Made by a program: the position numbers and the translations under genes. Shown one piece after another: positions 1 through 14,639 of a stretch of 64,000 nt of DNA. Each line of letters opens with the position of its first letter. Position 1 is the first letter of the stretch. Source of the stretch: Lama guanicoe (lineage: Eukaryota); NCBI GenBank assembly GCA_013239625.1, contig MU053652.1:5199902-5263901 (forward strand). Reading direction: 5' to 3'. The notes under the pieces were generated by a model that was not told where the DNA came from, searched no databases, and was given only the letters and a program-made list of their open reading frames with translations.

Positions 1-722
1 CTCATTGAGTTACTAGCCCTTGGTGGGGGCACTTGGGGTGGATTTATTACCACCCACCCAGTGGGAGGACAGCAAGAGGCTTCATTAAGTCCAGGAACAC
101 GAAAAGCAGTCCCCCGAGGATGCAGGCCAGGGGAGGGCAGATGATTATTACCGAAGAAATCATGGCGGCTGTCTGGGCCTCAGAAAGCACCCAGCACTGG
201 GAGAAGCACGTTATTAAAAAAGACAGTAAAATAAATAAATCAGCCTTCTAGGTTCACATAAATATTTCGCTAATCAGTTAAAAGGACAGTAAAGGGAATA
301 CAGAGAGAGTACCTAACATTTAATGGGGTTTGGGTAAAATATTACACTTTCCAAAAGTTACTCAAGTGTGACAGGGAGTCTATGAGCTAAAATTACTTTT
401 TCAAATGACCAAGACACTAATTTCTTCTTCAGACCCACAGGGAGGGACCCATACACAGTATCACAAAATGATAACCAGCCATGCCTATTCTTTCCCTTCC
501 TGAAATCGCAAACACATTTCAGCACAAACCCACCACTCAGCTTCATTAGAATCAAACCAGAGGGAGCCAATGTCACTCCAAGCTATACACCTGTGCACAA
601 ATTAAAATATCTTAACTCACACTTCCTTGTGCATCAGACACAACAAACCCTGGAAATCTTCTACTGGCTCTTACAGCTAGTTCTCTGGGGCCAGAGGGAA
701 CGGGGAGTGGGGGCGGGGGTGG

Positions 723-1171
723 NNNNNNNNNNNNNNNNNNNNNNNNNNNNNNNNNNNNNNNNNNNNNNNNNNNNNNNNNNNNNNNNNNNNNNNNNNNNNN
801 NNNNNNNNNNNNNNNNNNNNNNNNNNNNNNNNNNNNNNNNNNNNNNNNNNNNNNNNNNNNNNNNNNNNNNNNNNNNNNNNNNNNNNNNNNNNNNNNNNNN
901 NNNNNNNNNNNNNNNNNNNNNNNNNNNNNNNNNNNNNNNNNNNNNNNNNNNNNNNNNNNNNNNNNNNNNNNNNNNNNNNNNNNNNNNNNNNNNNNNNNNN
1001 NNNNNNNNNNNNNNNNNNNNNNNNNNNNNNNNNNNNNNNNNNNNNNNNNNNNNNNNNNNNNNNNNNNNNNNNNNNNNNNNNNNNNNNNNNNNNNNNNNNN
1101 NNNNNNNNNNNNNNNNNNNNNNNNNNNNNNNNNNNNNNNNNNNNNNNNNNNNNNNNNNNNNNNNNNNNNNN
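723..1171. other. Assembly gap (449 N) flanked by G-rich low-complexity sequence
   Basis: Run of N. Flanks 701-722 and 1172-1230 are dense G-runs (ggggagtgggggcgggggtgg / tgcaggggtg repeats). Confidence 0.99.
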
Positions 1172-4100
1172 AGGGGCGGGGGTGGGGGGGTGCAGGGGTG
1201 AGGGTGTGGGTGCAGGGGTGGGGGGTGGAATAAAGGGCACCTCCTGACACTCTAGTAATTGAGCTCTTATCCCTCTATCCTCCCCTGGTCTCCTGTGTTC
1301 CCTGACCATGTTTATCTGAAGAGACGGTCATCTCCAAAGGATAGAGACATGAAAAAGACCCAAGTTTAAAAAACAGCAAACAGATGCAACTTTAATTTGG
1401 AGTCAAAACTCACTTCCTGCTGATGGAGTTCTCCCAGATAAGAAGCTGATCCCTACAGAAACAGCTTTCAGTGTGACCACAACTATACTGCCGGTGACTA
1501 AGAGGATCCCCAGGAGTAAGCAATGTGCCAGTCTTGGGATATAGGGGAGGGGAATGACTTGCCAACAGCAAGTACTGACCCGCAAGAAAACACACACAAA
1601 AAACAAGCAAAGAATGCACAACTGTGCATTTGAGCAATTTAGAGGATGTGACAGTGCCTTCTAATTATCCCATACAGATGTTAACCACGCAAAGAGTTGC
1701 GGTAACTTCTGAGTCCCCACATAATATGCTCTATGCTCCCCAAGGCACCAAACCAGAGTTTTTGGCCAAGTAAGAACACAATAGTTCAGCTGCTGAGTGA
1801 CACGGATCACAGAGTACACTGTACACCTGCGGCTGCATGTCAATGGCTCCCGTTTTGTCTGGAAGTGTATTTGAGATGCTAACTGTAGCTTACTGCCTCA
1901 ACGATTTGAGCCTTAACTCTCTGTCAACACCACACCAGAAGTGGTGACTTCCTGAGATCAAACAAGACTCTGTTGCCAGTTTTACACACAGAGACAGCCC
2001 AGCTGAGCAGAGAACCCGGTTTGTCTCATTTCCTGCCAACCTTGAATGGGCACCATCCTCGTCAAGATGGGGGCATTAGTAACATTGCTTTAAATTAGCA
2101 ATCGTGATTTTAATATCTACCAGTCACCAATGCTGTTGTATTTTAGTTAAATGTAACTGCTTTTCTACCTCCTTACTTGGGGGTAATAGTTTTTCTCACA
2201 ATAGGGCGCAGTGTAATAATCCGCAACGTAATTGTGCAGATACTCGCAGAAGCATGCACCATGGAAGTCACGGACGGAGCAGCACACGGGACGAAACCAA
2301 TAAACAGTGCAGACGTACTCAGAGAGCTGCCAGGGGAGCCCTTGTGTTCTCATCAAAGTGTCTAACTATATCCCAGCCAGGGCCACAGAAAAGAGCAGTG
2401 GTCCCCAGGAGAAGATTTAGCATCTACCCTACCCTTTATTTCAGAAGCAGCGAGTTCAGCTGCTGGGGGGAGGGAGCCATCCTGGCAGCAAAACACAAAG
2501 GGCCTGGATCACAGCCTGCTTCTAAATAACACAAACAGATAGGAATTAGGTGATTAGAGAGTCTACTGTCAGCGGGGCTAAATACCAGCCCCTTTGGGAA
2601 CACGTGTCTGCGGTGTGAATTTCCTACACTGGAGTACACACAGCACAACTGGCCCGAGAGATGCCTCAGATCTGAATGGACCTTCTCCCACTGTCTACTT
2701 CAGGCAAATCTTCTAAGAATGAGGATTAATAATTTTGTAAAGATGGGAAATAATAATTTATACACACAAAAATCGGTGGAAACTGGCAAAGTAAATTATG
2801 TCACATCCATAGTCTTTAAAATTGCACAGCCATTAAAAATCACGTTTTAGAAAATTATTGGGAGGCCAAGGGAAATGCCTGGTTACAAAACATAAACGCA
2901 GAGAAGCAGGCGAGGAGGCCATGAGGTATTAACAGTGGGGATGTTGCCCCTGGATGGTGAGATATAAGCAATTTATATTTACTTCTCTAAAAATTTCCCC
3001 ACAATTTATAAGATGAATGCCTCATTCATAACAAGGAGGAAAATGTCTATGGTAGAGAATGTATGTAAAGGTGAAATCAGAAGCTCAAGCTATCTGATGG
3101 GGTTACTTTATGAAAATACTGAATGAAAATTAAACACATAATGAAGTACCTAGAAGCAGGTGCTCAGAGGGCTCAGAAACCCATACAAAGATGACCAGCA
3201 TTGAGACTCTTTATTAAAAAGGGAAAATCCAATCCCTTCATAGAGTTAGCCTGGAAAACGTCTCACAGGAGACAAAAATACTAAGGAGGTACAGTTCACC
3301 CACTTTTCTGACATTAAACACCCATTAGAAATAAAAATTCAAATATCTCTTGGTATCAATTATGATGCCTCCAAAATAGTTGCAGGGAATATTTTTAATT
3401 TGTAAAGATAAGAACAATGCCTTTGTGTTACAGAGAAAATGAGCTGCAGCTTCTGGTAGCTGGCAAAACTTCTGAGAAAAAAGAGCTTGGAGACAAGTCC
3501 ACCCAGTGTAAGGGAGAGGGTCACCACCTTGCCCAGCCAATGTGAAAGTCCATGGGGCACATGTGACGACGAGTAAGACAGATCTTAGTTAGAATCCTGG
3601 TTGCTTCGCTTACCAGAGAAGGAGCCTTGAGTGAGTTATCAGATCTCCCAAGCCTCATGCTTCCTCATCTATCTCAGGGATGGGGGCGGAGCTAGCACAC
3701 ACCCAGCACCTCACACTCTGCCTGGGCCACGCAGACATCCTGTGCACCTGAGCCTTCCCCAGTATCCAGCAACCCCCTGCACTCCAAGCCTGTAAATAAG
3801 CAGACTTCCTCCAGAAGAAAGAGAACACCATGGCCCATTAGAAGGTTCCTTCTGGTCTACTTGGCAGTTGGACTTCATATCACAAACCAATACATCCACA
3901 AACTGACTTTCAAGTCACATCTCTATGAGTTCTTTTAGCATAAATCGATGAACCAGCCTGAAAGACAGCATTTCTCAGCCTGTGAAGCTCAGAGCTGAGC
4001 CCTAAAAAGAGCTGAGCTGAGCTGAGAAGACCTTCTTTAAGATCTTAAAAAAGGACCAAGTTTCCTCCTCCTCAGGCTTCAAAGAGTCGTCAGCATCTGA

Positions 4101-5861
4101 CACTAAACTTGCATGATATACTTTTGTGCGCCTGTCACGATTTGGAAGGCTCTTTAGGATCTTGCTACTCAGGGTCCTGAACTGTGTGATCAAGCTCCTG
4201 ACGCCTCTGCATGTGCCACGCAACACTGGTATTTCCTTCCATCCGTCTGAGGGCTGCCTGCACGTGCCGAAGGCAAGCACATCCTTTATCCTGCCCTCTT
4301 TCCTCCGCCTTACAAGTTCAGTTAATATAACGGCACATGAGGTGTGAACCCAGCTCTAACAAGGCTCCACTTCATAAACCTTTTCACTTTTATCCTGACG
4401 CTCACCCAGAAACCGTTAACAGGCCCCATCTCAACCAAACATCGGCTCCAATAGTATGTCATAAACCCTAAGAAACTCCCCTGTTCCCTAGAGAGCCCTG
4501 TTCTCTGAAGCAGACAGATTTCTTCTAGCGGAACTCTTACATCTCCTTTCACTGGAATCCCCGGGAGATGTTCTAAGCTGAGAACGGATACGTCTGGTTC
4601 ACAGTCGGCTCTGAGACCTAGGGGGAGAAAAGCTCATCCAGGAAACAGCAGAGATATTATTACTGCATCCAAGTCTGGCTTTAGGAAGAAAAATGGTACT
4701 GTCAGAAGCCAAAACCTGGACAAACAGCCTTAGTCAACCCCCATTTTTCCACTGCTAGAAGCAACAATCTAGAACACTAGTCTTAAGGAACACGTGGTAA
4801 TTATGAAAAATGCACAGTCCAGACTCCAACCACAGAAATTCTAATACAAGTAGCTTCCACACTAAACTGTAAGAAAAACTGACCTGCCTCTACCCTGGGG
4901 TTAAAGCCTGATTTCACATGAGCACCAACAGAGCATACAACTTTGCCTCTGAGCTAAGGCTTGGAGGGAGGGGGAAGGAAGGGAGACTGGGAAGAGAAGG
5001 GCCGTGGCAGACTTCCATTCACACTGCAAGTCGGCTCTTCAACGGAAAGATAAGGCATCAAGAGAGATCCACTTAATCTTTGTCCTCGGAGCAGTCCTGT
5101 GCAAACCCAGAAGGCCAGAGCTCATTTGCAGCAAATGAGAAGCAATAATGTTGGCAGCCATGTTTGCAGTGACTCTAACAGTTAACAATCAAATGATTTG
5201 CCCTTATAGAACTTCCCACCAGGGGATACCTTGGAACCACACCTATGAACATCATTTTCCTAGCAGAGAAGCAGACAGAGGTGGAAGAGACGTTCCGAGG
5301 TTAAACAGAAGCCAGAAGCAGCAATGAGTCCCTGCTCCCAAGGCCCTTCTGAACTTCAAGGCCCTTCAGCATCACCACAATTCTTTAAGGTATGAAGGTG
5401 GGAGAGTCAAAAACTGCTTCCTTAGGTTTTACACCCTCAAGTCTCCCACTGCATTAAGCTCAGTTACCTCTACTAACAGGCAGGGCTCACGTCCTTGAAT
5501 TAACCATGGCAGGAGGTCATAACTGAGCAGAAAAGACACAATCAGAGTCAATGTGGACTTAAGGGGAAAGGAGAAAAAGAGAAATGAAACTAACTTCTTA
5601 GGTCTCTACCTCTTATTGCTCCTGACCATCACCAGAGACGGTGATAACGAGGACTCGGCTAGGGAGAGGGAAAGGTGAAGATGGCAATGAAAGAGGGAGC
5701 AGAAAAGCAGTTTGGAAACGTAGCTTGAAGCTACAATTGTCTGAGGCCTGCTTCCTCCCACAGGCACCATGGAAGTAAACCACACAGCCTCTGAAGAATC
5801 AGAATTTTGCAACCTTCTACCCATACTTACAAACACCGAGGTTGAAATTCGACATTAGAAG

Positions 5862-6242
5862 TGACAAAAGAGTCCTTCCTTAACCAAACCGGACCAGGAT
5901 TCAGGTTCCTCTCAACTCTCTTCTCAACTAGGCCCTGACTTTAAGGCACTATGCTCCTCTCTGCTTTGTCCAATTTTAGCAAGAATCCAACTTTAGCCAG
6001 ATTTCCCCACCCTTGATATCTGATCCCCCTGGATATCTGACTGGGTTCCACATCCTCCTCCTTCCCCAAGCCCCACCCTGCTCCTTAATTGAAAGCCTCC
6101 ACCTTTCCTTATTGTATTCCGAGACCAATCTCTCTCTACCACTGCAAAACCCCACTGCAGTGGTCCCTACACCCACCACAGTTGTGCTGAATCAAGTGTG
6201 CCTTACTGTTCTTTAACAAGTATCATGAATAACTGTTTAACA
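5862..6242 (+). mobile_element. MER31-like ERV1 solo LTR (ancient)
   Basis: TG...CA termini (tgacaaaag...tttaaca). Internal motifs recalled from the MER31 consensus: cttaaccaaac, ttttagcaagaa, gatatctgatc, ccaatctctctc, tgcagtggtccctac. Imperfect 4-bp TSD gaag/caag. Confidence 0.75.
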
Positions 6243-8181
6243 CAAGGAAGCCAGAAGGAAGAAAACTCAGCCCCACTGCAAGCTCGCTGCACAGGCTCAA
6301 ACACTCATTTAAAGACAAAGACTCGACTGCAATCAGGCACCTTCTTCGAACCAGTATCTATCAGCTATAGATTTAGAGACTTGACCAACGAAGACATGAA
6401 TTACATAAATTCTGGGAGCAGAGGGATATTGGCCTGGCTTAAACCTGTGCCAATGTAGTCTTCTAGAAGCTAAAATTGCATTTAATAAGCAGCTTAAATG
6501 TGGTTATCCAAGCAAATGAGAGCAGGCCAGTTTGGTTGTTAATGTTTTAAGTAGTGAATTCAGGTTAAAGATGCCACCCGCTCCTTCTGGCTGAACCTAG
6601 AGCAAGGAGGCTTAATGGCGACAGTGGACCTCAACTCTGTTAAGCTGAAATGAGGATTCATTTGTGGGCTCATGCAGCATCTAAAACACAGCACAGAGAG
6701 TTTCAGAGCCACACTTAAAGATGAGGGGGATATAAGGAAAAGTCACGAGCTCCTTTGTAAAGTGTAACAGAACAACTGAACTGCATGTGCTGGGAGTGAC
6801 TTCAACATTTAAATCTAAGGTTACAAACTCCCTCTCTGCACTCCCGGAGGGAGGGTGGGAGAGGGGAATGGGAGGAGCCACAGTGGGGGCAGGAGAGGTA
6901 ACTAGGAAAAAACCCAAAGGAAAACTAAAGCCGCAGAAGCACCAATCTGCATTCTTACCATCTGGATACCTGCAGAAACAAGGGGCGGGGATGACAGACC
7001 ACAAGTCTCCAGAGCAACCACTTGGGGGCGGGCACAGGAGCAGGGAGAGAGCAGGTTCCCACTTGAGCACATCCAATTACAGTCCAAGACAGAGATATTA
7101 AACACTATCAGCTTCTTCCCTCGGAATTCATTTCTTGCTGGGTGATGAGGGTGAGAGATGAAAGGCTATAGGATTTTACTGCACTGAATTTTTTCAGTTT
7201 GTCAAGTCCCATTTACTACAGCAGGGACCCTGGGACTAATCTGTATCTTTTAGGACGGAGGCATCTCTCTCTAACAGAGCCCCGATGATTATTCTCTACC
7301 TGTGAGATTTTATGGATCTCTAATAATAACAAGGGGCCCAAATGGAGTTACCAACGGAAGCTGCCTAATGGTTTCTCAATTGAGAAGCTCACACTTTTCG
7401 AAACATAGATATCACGGCATCTAAGCACCTCCAGAATAACCGTAACTTGGTATGCAAACAGGAGCCCTCTAGACTGAAGGAACCAGTCATTCCTCCAAGA
7501 GAAGATTAGAAGAGGGTGAGAGATAGAGCCAAAGGCTTTAAGAGCGAGGAGGCAGTGGGCCCCGCAGAGCCATCTGCAGAGGTGAGACAGAGCCTGGCTC
7601 AAAGGGCAGGGAGGAACCTGAATGTTTTCCTGAGAAAACACTGAGCTGTTAGTTTAATACAGTCTGAAAGGAATAGCAAAGGGCTGGGATAACTTCTTTC
7701 CACTTTAAAAGAAATAAGAAATAAGTAAAATAAGCTGCTTTGAGTGATGTCAAGTCTTCCTCCTCTTAAAAGTACAAGCTGGCCTAATAATCCTGGCTGT
7801 CCCAGTGGCCAAAACCAGCAAATGGAGCTGTCTGCCAACTACCATGCAGAACACGGGGCGCTCCCTCACAGCGGCTGCGCTCAGAGGATAAAGGGGAGAG
7901 AGGGTCCAATAAGACTAGTGTGGGTGGTACACTAGAGTCTGCACCCCCATCTGTAGGGACCAGCTCCCACCAGAGCCTGAGGGAGCAGGAGGGAACCCTG
8001 GGCAGGCGACACGTGGCGTATCAGCAGCCCCTCCGTAGACATCCACCTACAGCTTCTGCCTGGCAAGGTTTCTAAAACAAGTCCCTCCAGCTGGATAAGC
8101 AGATGCTAAAGGCAGCTCTACATGAGTAAGAATGCGGCTTTCTCCTAATTCCAGACCACCTTACAAAAGACGGCAGCACAT

Positions 8182-8214
8182 TAAAAAAACAAAAAACAAA
8201 AAACAAAAAAAAAA
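8182..8214. repeat. (AAAAAAC)n / A-rich microsatellite
   Basis: taaaaaaacaaaaaacaaaaaacaaaaaaaaaa read directly. Confidence 0.85.
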
Positions 8215-11200
8215 CTTCAAACCCTCCTACCAGCCTCTCCAGTAATGATGAGGAAAAGGTCCTAGGAAGGGTACAGCGGCAGACTTAGAAAGTCAAGTGT
8301 CAGCATGTTCTGCCCATCTCCCACTCCCAGATTATGAACAAGTAAAGAGAGCAGATGAGAATGAAATGAGACATTATACAACAAACATGTGCGTATCAAC
8401 TATGGGCCGGGGAGTGAGCTGGCAACAGATCTGAAGAAATGAGAAATCTACTGACCCGGGGTGGGGGAAAATCATATAGCATAAGGAAGCGCTGGGGGTG
8501 GAGACAGGGTACGGATTTTAAAGCAGAAACTAGAAACTGTAGAAACTACAGGTATCCCTCATGTGGGTTATCCAGAATCCGCAGGACAGCAGAAGGAACC
8601 AAATTCTGGGACTGATAAACAGCAGATGCCCACACAGAGTGGATGTTTCTGCTTGGCCTTATGAAGAACCCAATACAGTGAGATAAGAATGAAGGAGACT
8701 GCAGCCACTGGCTTCCAGTAGAGAAGTGAAAAGGTAAAGCACATAGTCTCCATAAAGCCTTCATAGCCAGACTAAACAGAGACCCCTCTGTGAAAGAACA
8801 AGACACCAAGGTGGCCACCAGCACAGCCCTGAACCCGGCAAAGGCATCTGCAGCCCGAAACAGACTCAATCACACTCGCCGGTGAGATGAAGGCCTAAAT
8901 GATGTGAACAACCATAAACTGGCCATGGATTTCAAAGGAGGGCTGAAATGAAAAGTGACATCAAAAATATGCCCAAGCAATAGGCCTGTCATTTGCTAGG
9001 AAAAAAAGCAAGCATCTGTGTCCTTCAGCTTCCCCTTCCAGTCTCAGTTCTGAAAAACACTTTCCGAAGCAGTGACATGACCTGATGCTGCTTCATCCAC
9101 AGTCTACCATCCAGACTGAAGTCCCATCTCGTGAGCACAACATGCACATACTGGTCAGGGTCTGAGACTCACTTTCTAAAATTATAAACATGTTACCAAT
9201 AAAAATTATTTCCCAAGTTCACAGTGCCTCTAATACATGAGGGACATAACATGTTTGGTTTTTTCAAATGGAACAAAATTTCCCTAGCACAAAGCTAATT
9301 AGTCCACCAAGGAATGCAACCTACAGTCCTGGCAGAAGTGTAAGGCACTGGATGACTGCACTAAACTTGCCTGGAATATAAATGTTATGCAAAAAAAAAA
9401 AGTAATTTATCTCAACACAGTGTAGGTAGCTCTGCAATCAGTATCTCATAAATAAAGAGAGAAAGATGAAGGGAAAGCTTCCCTAATTGATTTTAAAATT
9501 AGTTCCAAGCAAAGAAATAATCTGACAACCAACAAGGTCGACAACAGTTAAAAAATACATAGCCCTCGGGAAAACCGTGCACCTAAACACTCCAATGAAT
9601 CAAGACATCTGAACTACTATGAAAGAAGGGTATTTGGGAAAGCCTGAAAACAAGTAGAAGTGTTAAAAAAAAAAAAAGTCAGTTGGGGACCGATCAGCAA
9701 AAGCACTTGAAATCCTGAAATTAACCCCTCTGGTGGACTGAACCCAATCTGTACCACGCTAAGAATACCATTACGAGGGAAACCACTGCTCAGAGAGAGG
9801 CAGGGCTCGGCAACCCAATAGCGATTGAACCCAACTCAACTGAAATGAAGTGGGGGCAAGAGGAAGTGCCTACAGAAAACTAAGCCATGTGTGACCCGAC
9901 CATCAAAACAAGCAGTCCAATTAGGAAGTAGGAAAAAAACAGACTGCAAAAACTCCCTCCTGGGGCCGTTCGACACCAATACACTGCCTCAAGTTGCAGT
10001 GGCTCTCAGAAGCAGTCGAGGAGATTGGCGATGGACTGGGAGGCACTAAAAATGATGCCACTCAAAAGCAGTGTACAGAGTAAGTCTTGAGCCTCAGCAC
10101 AGCACTGATTTACACATTTATTAAATGCCTACAGTAGTCACAGCACTCTACCAGCTTCTGAAAAAGAGGGTATAGGAAGCTGAGAAACCCGTACCATTTC
10201 CACTGTCAGTGGAGTTTAGGGTTCACAATGGAAAGCAGGCCTGGACATCAAAAATACAGGACAAGACGATCCAGAGAAGGGAGACAGTGTGTATGGAAAT
10301 CTCTGGCCAAAAGAGGCTTTCAAGAACCAGAGCAAGAAAGGGGGCTACCTCAGCACAGCAGCTGCATGCTGAATGGTCACAGGACAGCAAATACGATGGT
10401 GCTGTCAACTCTGCAAACAACAGAAAATTACTGCAGCTCACAGGACTGAAGAGAGGCAAGAAATATGGACACTAGCACAAGGAAGATTTAGATAAACTGA
10501 CAATACAGAACTGTGGAATAGTGATGATTAAATGAAGAGAGAAGAACTAGATGGATTGAAAGACATAAAGGCACATGGTTCGGGGAAGGATCAACCAGCA
10601 AGGCCCACTAGGAGACTGTTAAAATACCACAAAGATTACTTGTAGGGTCCAAGCAAGATCATGGGGATGGGGATGCATTAACTAAAGGAAACAGATGAAA
10701 ATATAATTTGTAATAGAAAGAAGAAAGTAAATCAAGGAGAAATAGATAGGCACTTGCTGTCTTCTCTAGGTTGTAATTCACTCATAAAGATCAGTGGAAC
10801 ATACATTTTGGGGCAGTCTGGATCAATTCAGATATGAAAATGTCTTGACCTCACCTCAAGGAGGCCTGCCACCTCTCCTCCCCTCATGACCTCTCCAGCT
10901 GAGCAACAGATGTCAATCTTTTAAAAATAACAGGATATATACATTCTGGAATCTTAAATAGATGAGCTAAGACCAAGCCATCGCCTCCTAATGATAATTT
11001 TATTCAGTCCTTTAACAAAGAATTTTCAAGTGTTCTTCTCAAAAACGCCCAGACCAAAACAAATCTGAAACCGGGACGGAATGCCTCTGCTGACGCTCTG
11101 ACACATTCTACGTCTTTTGATCACATCGTTGCAGTCCCCAAATCTCTCCATTGGAAACCGGTGAAACGCTATATCCATTTCAAAGAGCTTTTGCTTTTCT

Positions 11201-14200
11201 CCAAGGTCCTCAATACCAGGCTGGAGTCCCTCTCCAATTTGCTATTTACCTTATGCTCCCAGTCACACGCGCAAGATCACAGTCAGTTGGTTTATTGGTT
11301 TGCCCCATTACACTTAGGGACCGCAGCCCCACAGCTTTCTGTTGGTTCTGTTGGTTCACATCTCAGTGGCAGCATCATCTGCTTTAGGGTCCAGAGGACC
11401 AGTCATCTTGCTTTCAGAAATCTCAACTGCAGGGATTAGGCCAAGAACCACTTTTAATTGTGTCCAAATGGCAAGGCACTCTGGGGTCTTGCACACCAAA
11501 TGGAGTTATTAGCCCCCTGAAACTGCCTTGCCTCTGAGAAAAAGCCCTCACACATCACTAATAACGTGCCTACCTGAAGCTGTTTCCCATCACCTGCCTA
11601 CAAAGGAGACCCAGTGGGGTCGGGCCTGGGAAACAACCCCCCCAAACAGGCAGCAAGGACTGACTGCAGCTTTAACAAAACTGACCTTACAGTGCCCGGG
11701 TCTGAACACTGAGAGGCCCTGCTGTGTGAAAGAGTATTTCTGTGGTAACTTCAGTGGGAGGAGGGAAAGACAGGGTGATGGCAACCAATACAAGTTGAAA
11801 GCACAGAACTATGGATGACAGAGATAAGGAGAAGGGGTTCCACACTATCCGGAGAGTCTGTGCGTGAGCAATAGGTAGGCAAGCTAAGGAAAGGAGTTTG
11901 AGGAAAATGGCCCTGCATCTGAAAGCAAACTGTCTACACTTAAGACCTGGGGGTTGGGTAAACTACATACCTGTTTTCCAGGTGAATTTCAACTCTGTAT
12001 CTCTTTGCCCACTATACTAGCACCGCTTGAGCGGACTTCAGCGGGGAGTAAGTCAGCCCCTTCATCAGATGCCCAAGGGCTGTATTTTCTTTATCATTAA
12101 CACTCCAAGTGTAACACAAAGCCCGCAGCAGCAGCCCTGGGCAATAGAGCACTAGGCGTTCCAGTTTCAGATCAAAGTCAAAAGCTCTCCACGATGTCCT
12201 GAGATTGCACAATGTGTTGTCTCCTTTAAGGCAGTAGCTCAGAAAACCCATAGCCTTTCCCCAAGACTTGTATTTTTGTGGCAAACAACTGGATAAAACA
12301 AACTACACCTGTAGAGAAACCCTGATACACCTTCGGTCCACAGGAGCACCACACATCGGTGTCCAAAATGCATCTCAGCCTGAAGGAGCTATAGATCCAA
12401 AAAGCTGACACTGGGTTCACCCTGAATAATCCAAAGATACGGTGCCACGGAAACACACTCAGTAGCATCAGACATCCGATTGTAATCCTTCTCAGGGAAA
12501 TACTACACACTCTTGCTTTCAACTCTGTCGCTCATTCTACCAACAAATCAAGCTCTAACCAAAATCTGTGAGCAGAGGCAACGCACAAATTCCCGGGTAC
12601 TACTGGAAAGGAGCTGCCTGGAATGAAAACAGCTTTTCTGACCACGCAGTTTTGTCCAGAGCCCTTCCTCCAGCTACAATTAGAAAATACCCAAAGCAGG
12701 GGGAGTGAAGTACACAGTGAGCCTTGAAAAATCTCCTTGCCTTCATGTATCATTTAATAGAAATCAATTTGTCTCTGTATATAATTTAAAAAAAGAAATT
12801 TCAATTTGCCCTACTATCTTTGACAATATATATGTCTCAGAAGATCTATATTAGTTGATGTCAGGTTACTGGAGTTTTTAGGATATGGGTAAGATGAACA
12901 TTAAAAGACCCCTCTCCACAGCTCTTACCTGAAGGGCAAGCCCCACTGGGTCATCATTTGGGAGCCTGTAGGGAGGCCAACCCACAGCAGGACTCACTGC
13001 ATGCCATCTGCCTGCCCTTGAGGAAGCTCGTGCAAAGACTTTCCTCTTCATCTACTCCTCCAGTTCTTTAGCCTGCAGCTTCTCCCACTCTGTTCTTTTG
13101 TTTAGCACTCCAAAACCTGCCAGGTCATCTTTGTCTCCATTTCGAAGCCAATAACCACCCCTCCCCCCGAGAAAAATTGGGAGAGAAGACAATCTCCTGA
13201 GGGTTTCATTCATTGTCCTCCACGGTCCATCCATCCATTATCTCCAAACAGTTGTCAAGCATCCTTTGTTGCTGCAACTACAAGACCATTCCCCAATTCC
13301 CGAAACACACCCTCAACGTTCTATCAGCCTCGTTCTAACTAGGGCAGCCACACATTTCTGTACACACAGTGCCTTCCTTGCACAAGGGCACCTGGCCAAG
13401 GGGATAGAGGGAGAATGGGAGCTGAAATTCAGCCTCTAATCTACTTTCCAAGCCATGCACCCTGCCATGAAGGGGCATCCTTCTCTAACTTGCCCAAGGG
13501 TGCAATGTGGGCTAACAGAGATTCTGGTTCCAAATCCATGCCTTGAATACTTGACTTAACTCCCCTTGTAGCATAAGAAATGCTGGTAAACAGTAAAGAA
13601 CACCAGGGAAACCAAAGACTCCAAAGGGACCCCTTTTGCCTAGTCATTACATACCTATAGTTACAGCCTCACTGGGATTCCTGGGTGATTTTTATTCCCA
13701 CACCCATACTATCAATCTCTGGTAACTTTCAGATAAGCACAGAGCAGAATCTCCACTCACTGTAATTGTTACAGGGGGAATTCTTTAACTAGAAAGGCAA
13801 GAACTCTGACTCCTCCAGCACGAGGGACTGCTAGAGCCACATCCACAAGCTATCAGTCCTCACACCCTTCACCCCCAGGGCACTGCTCAGGTGAGATTTA
13901 CCAAAAACAAAACCACAACTCCGGGCTGCAGATCAGTTTTCATCTAGCATGATTCTCTCTTATAATGCCAAGTGCTTTCATGTTTTATAAATGCAAGCCA
14001 CAAACACAAGCACACTCATATCCAAACATGCGGTCCCTCGTTTATAATTCTTCAAGGCAAAAATCTAAAAAGCATGGCACACATGGTTCCAACACATGGC
14101 CCCTGTCTAACTCCCAAACCTATTTCTTACTAGTCCCTGGCATTAACTACCCTCTGTTCCAGTCAGACAAAATTACATGCAGTTCATCATATGGCCCATA

Positions 14201-14344
14201 TTCTCTTTTCATGAATATCCTGAAATATTCATAGAACATGCACGATCTGGCCCTGTCTGTATTTTGTACCACACGGGCATCATACCATGCACCACCCACA
14301 GTGGCCAACCATTCCCTATCCCAAGGCTCCCCCGATTCTCGGGC

Positions 14345-14625
14345 AGGAATTGTCTTTTCCCCACTTCCACCTAGCTAACTCCTAACCAGCCTTCAGGCCT
14401 TAAATGTCACTTCTTCAAAGAAGCCTCCCCAGATTATGCATTCTCATCAACTCTAACCTTTCCTTTTGCAGTACTTAACATAAATGCAGTTATCTGCATA
14501 TTCCCCCTACTAGACTTTAAAAGTTCCAAGACAGTAGTTCCAAGAAGGTTTATTCCCTGCTGCATCCCCAGCACAGCATCTGGTACAAAGTGGGTCCCCA
14601 GTAAATATTTATCAATGGTGATGAA
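14345..14625 (+). mobile_element. L2 3' end
   Basis: cctagctaactcct...aaatgtcacttcttcaaagaagcctccc...catccccagcacagcatctggtacaaagtggg...agtaaatatttat. Confidence 0.7.
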
Positions 14626-14639
14626 CCCATTCATTTGAA

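Noticed and set aside
593..1309. Three ORFs of more than 200 aa in the ORF track
   Set aside because: They are artefacts of translating through the 449-N gap.
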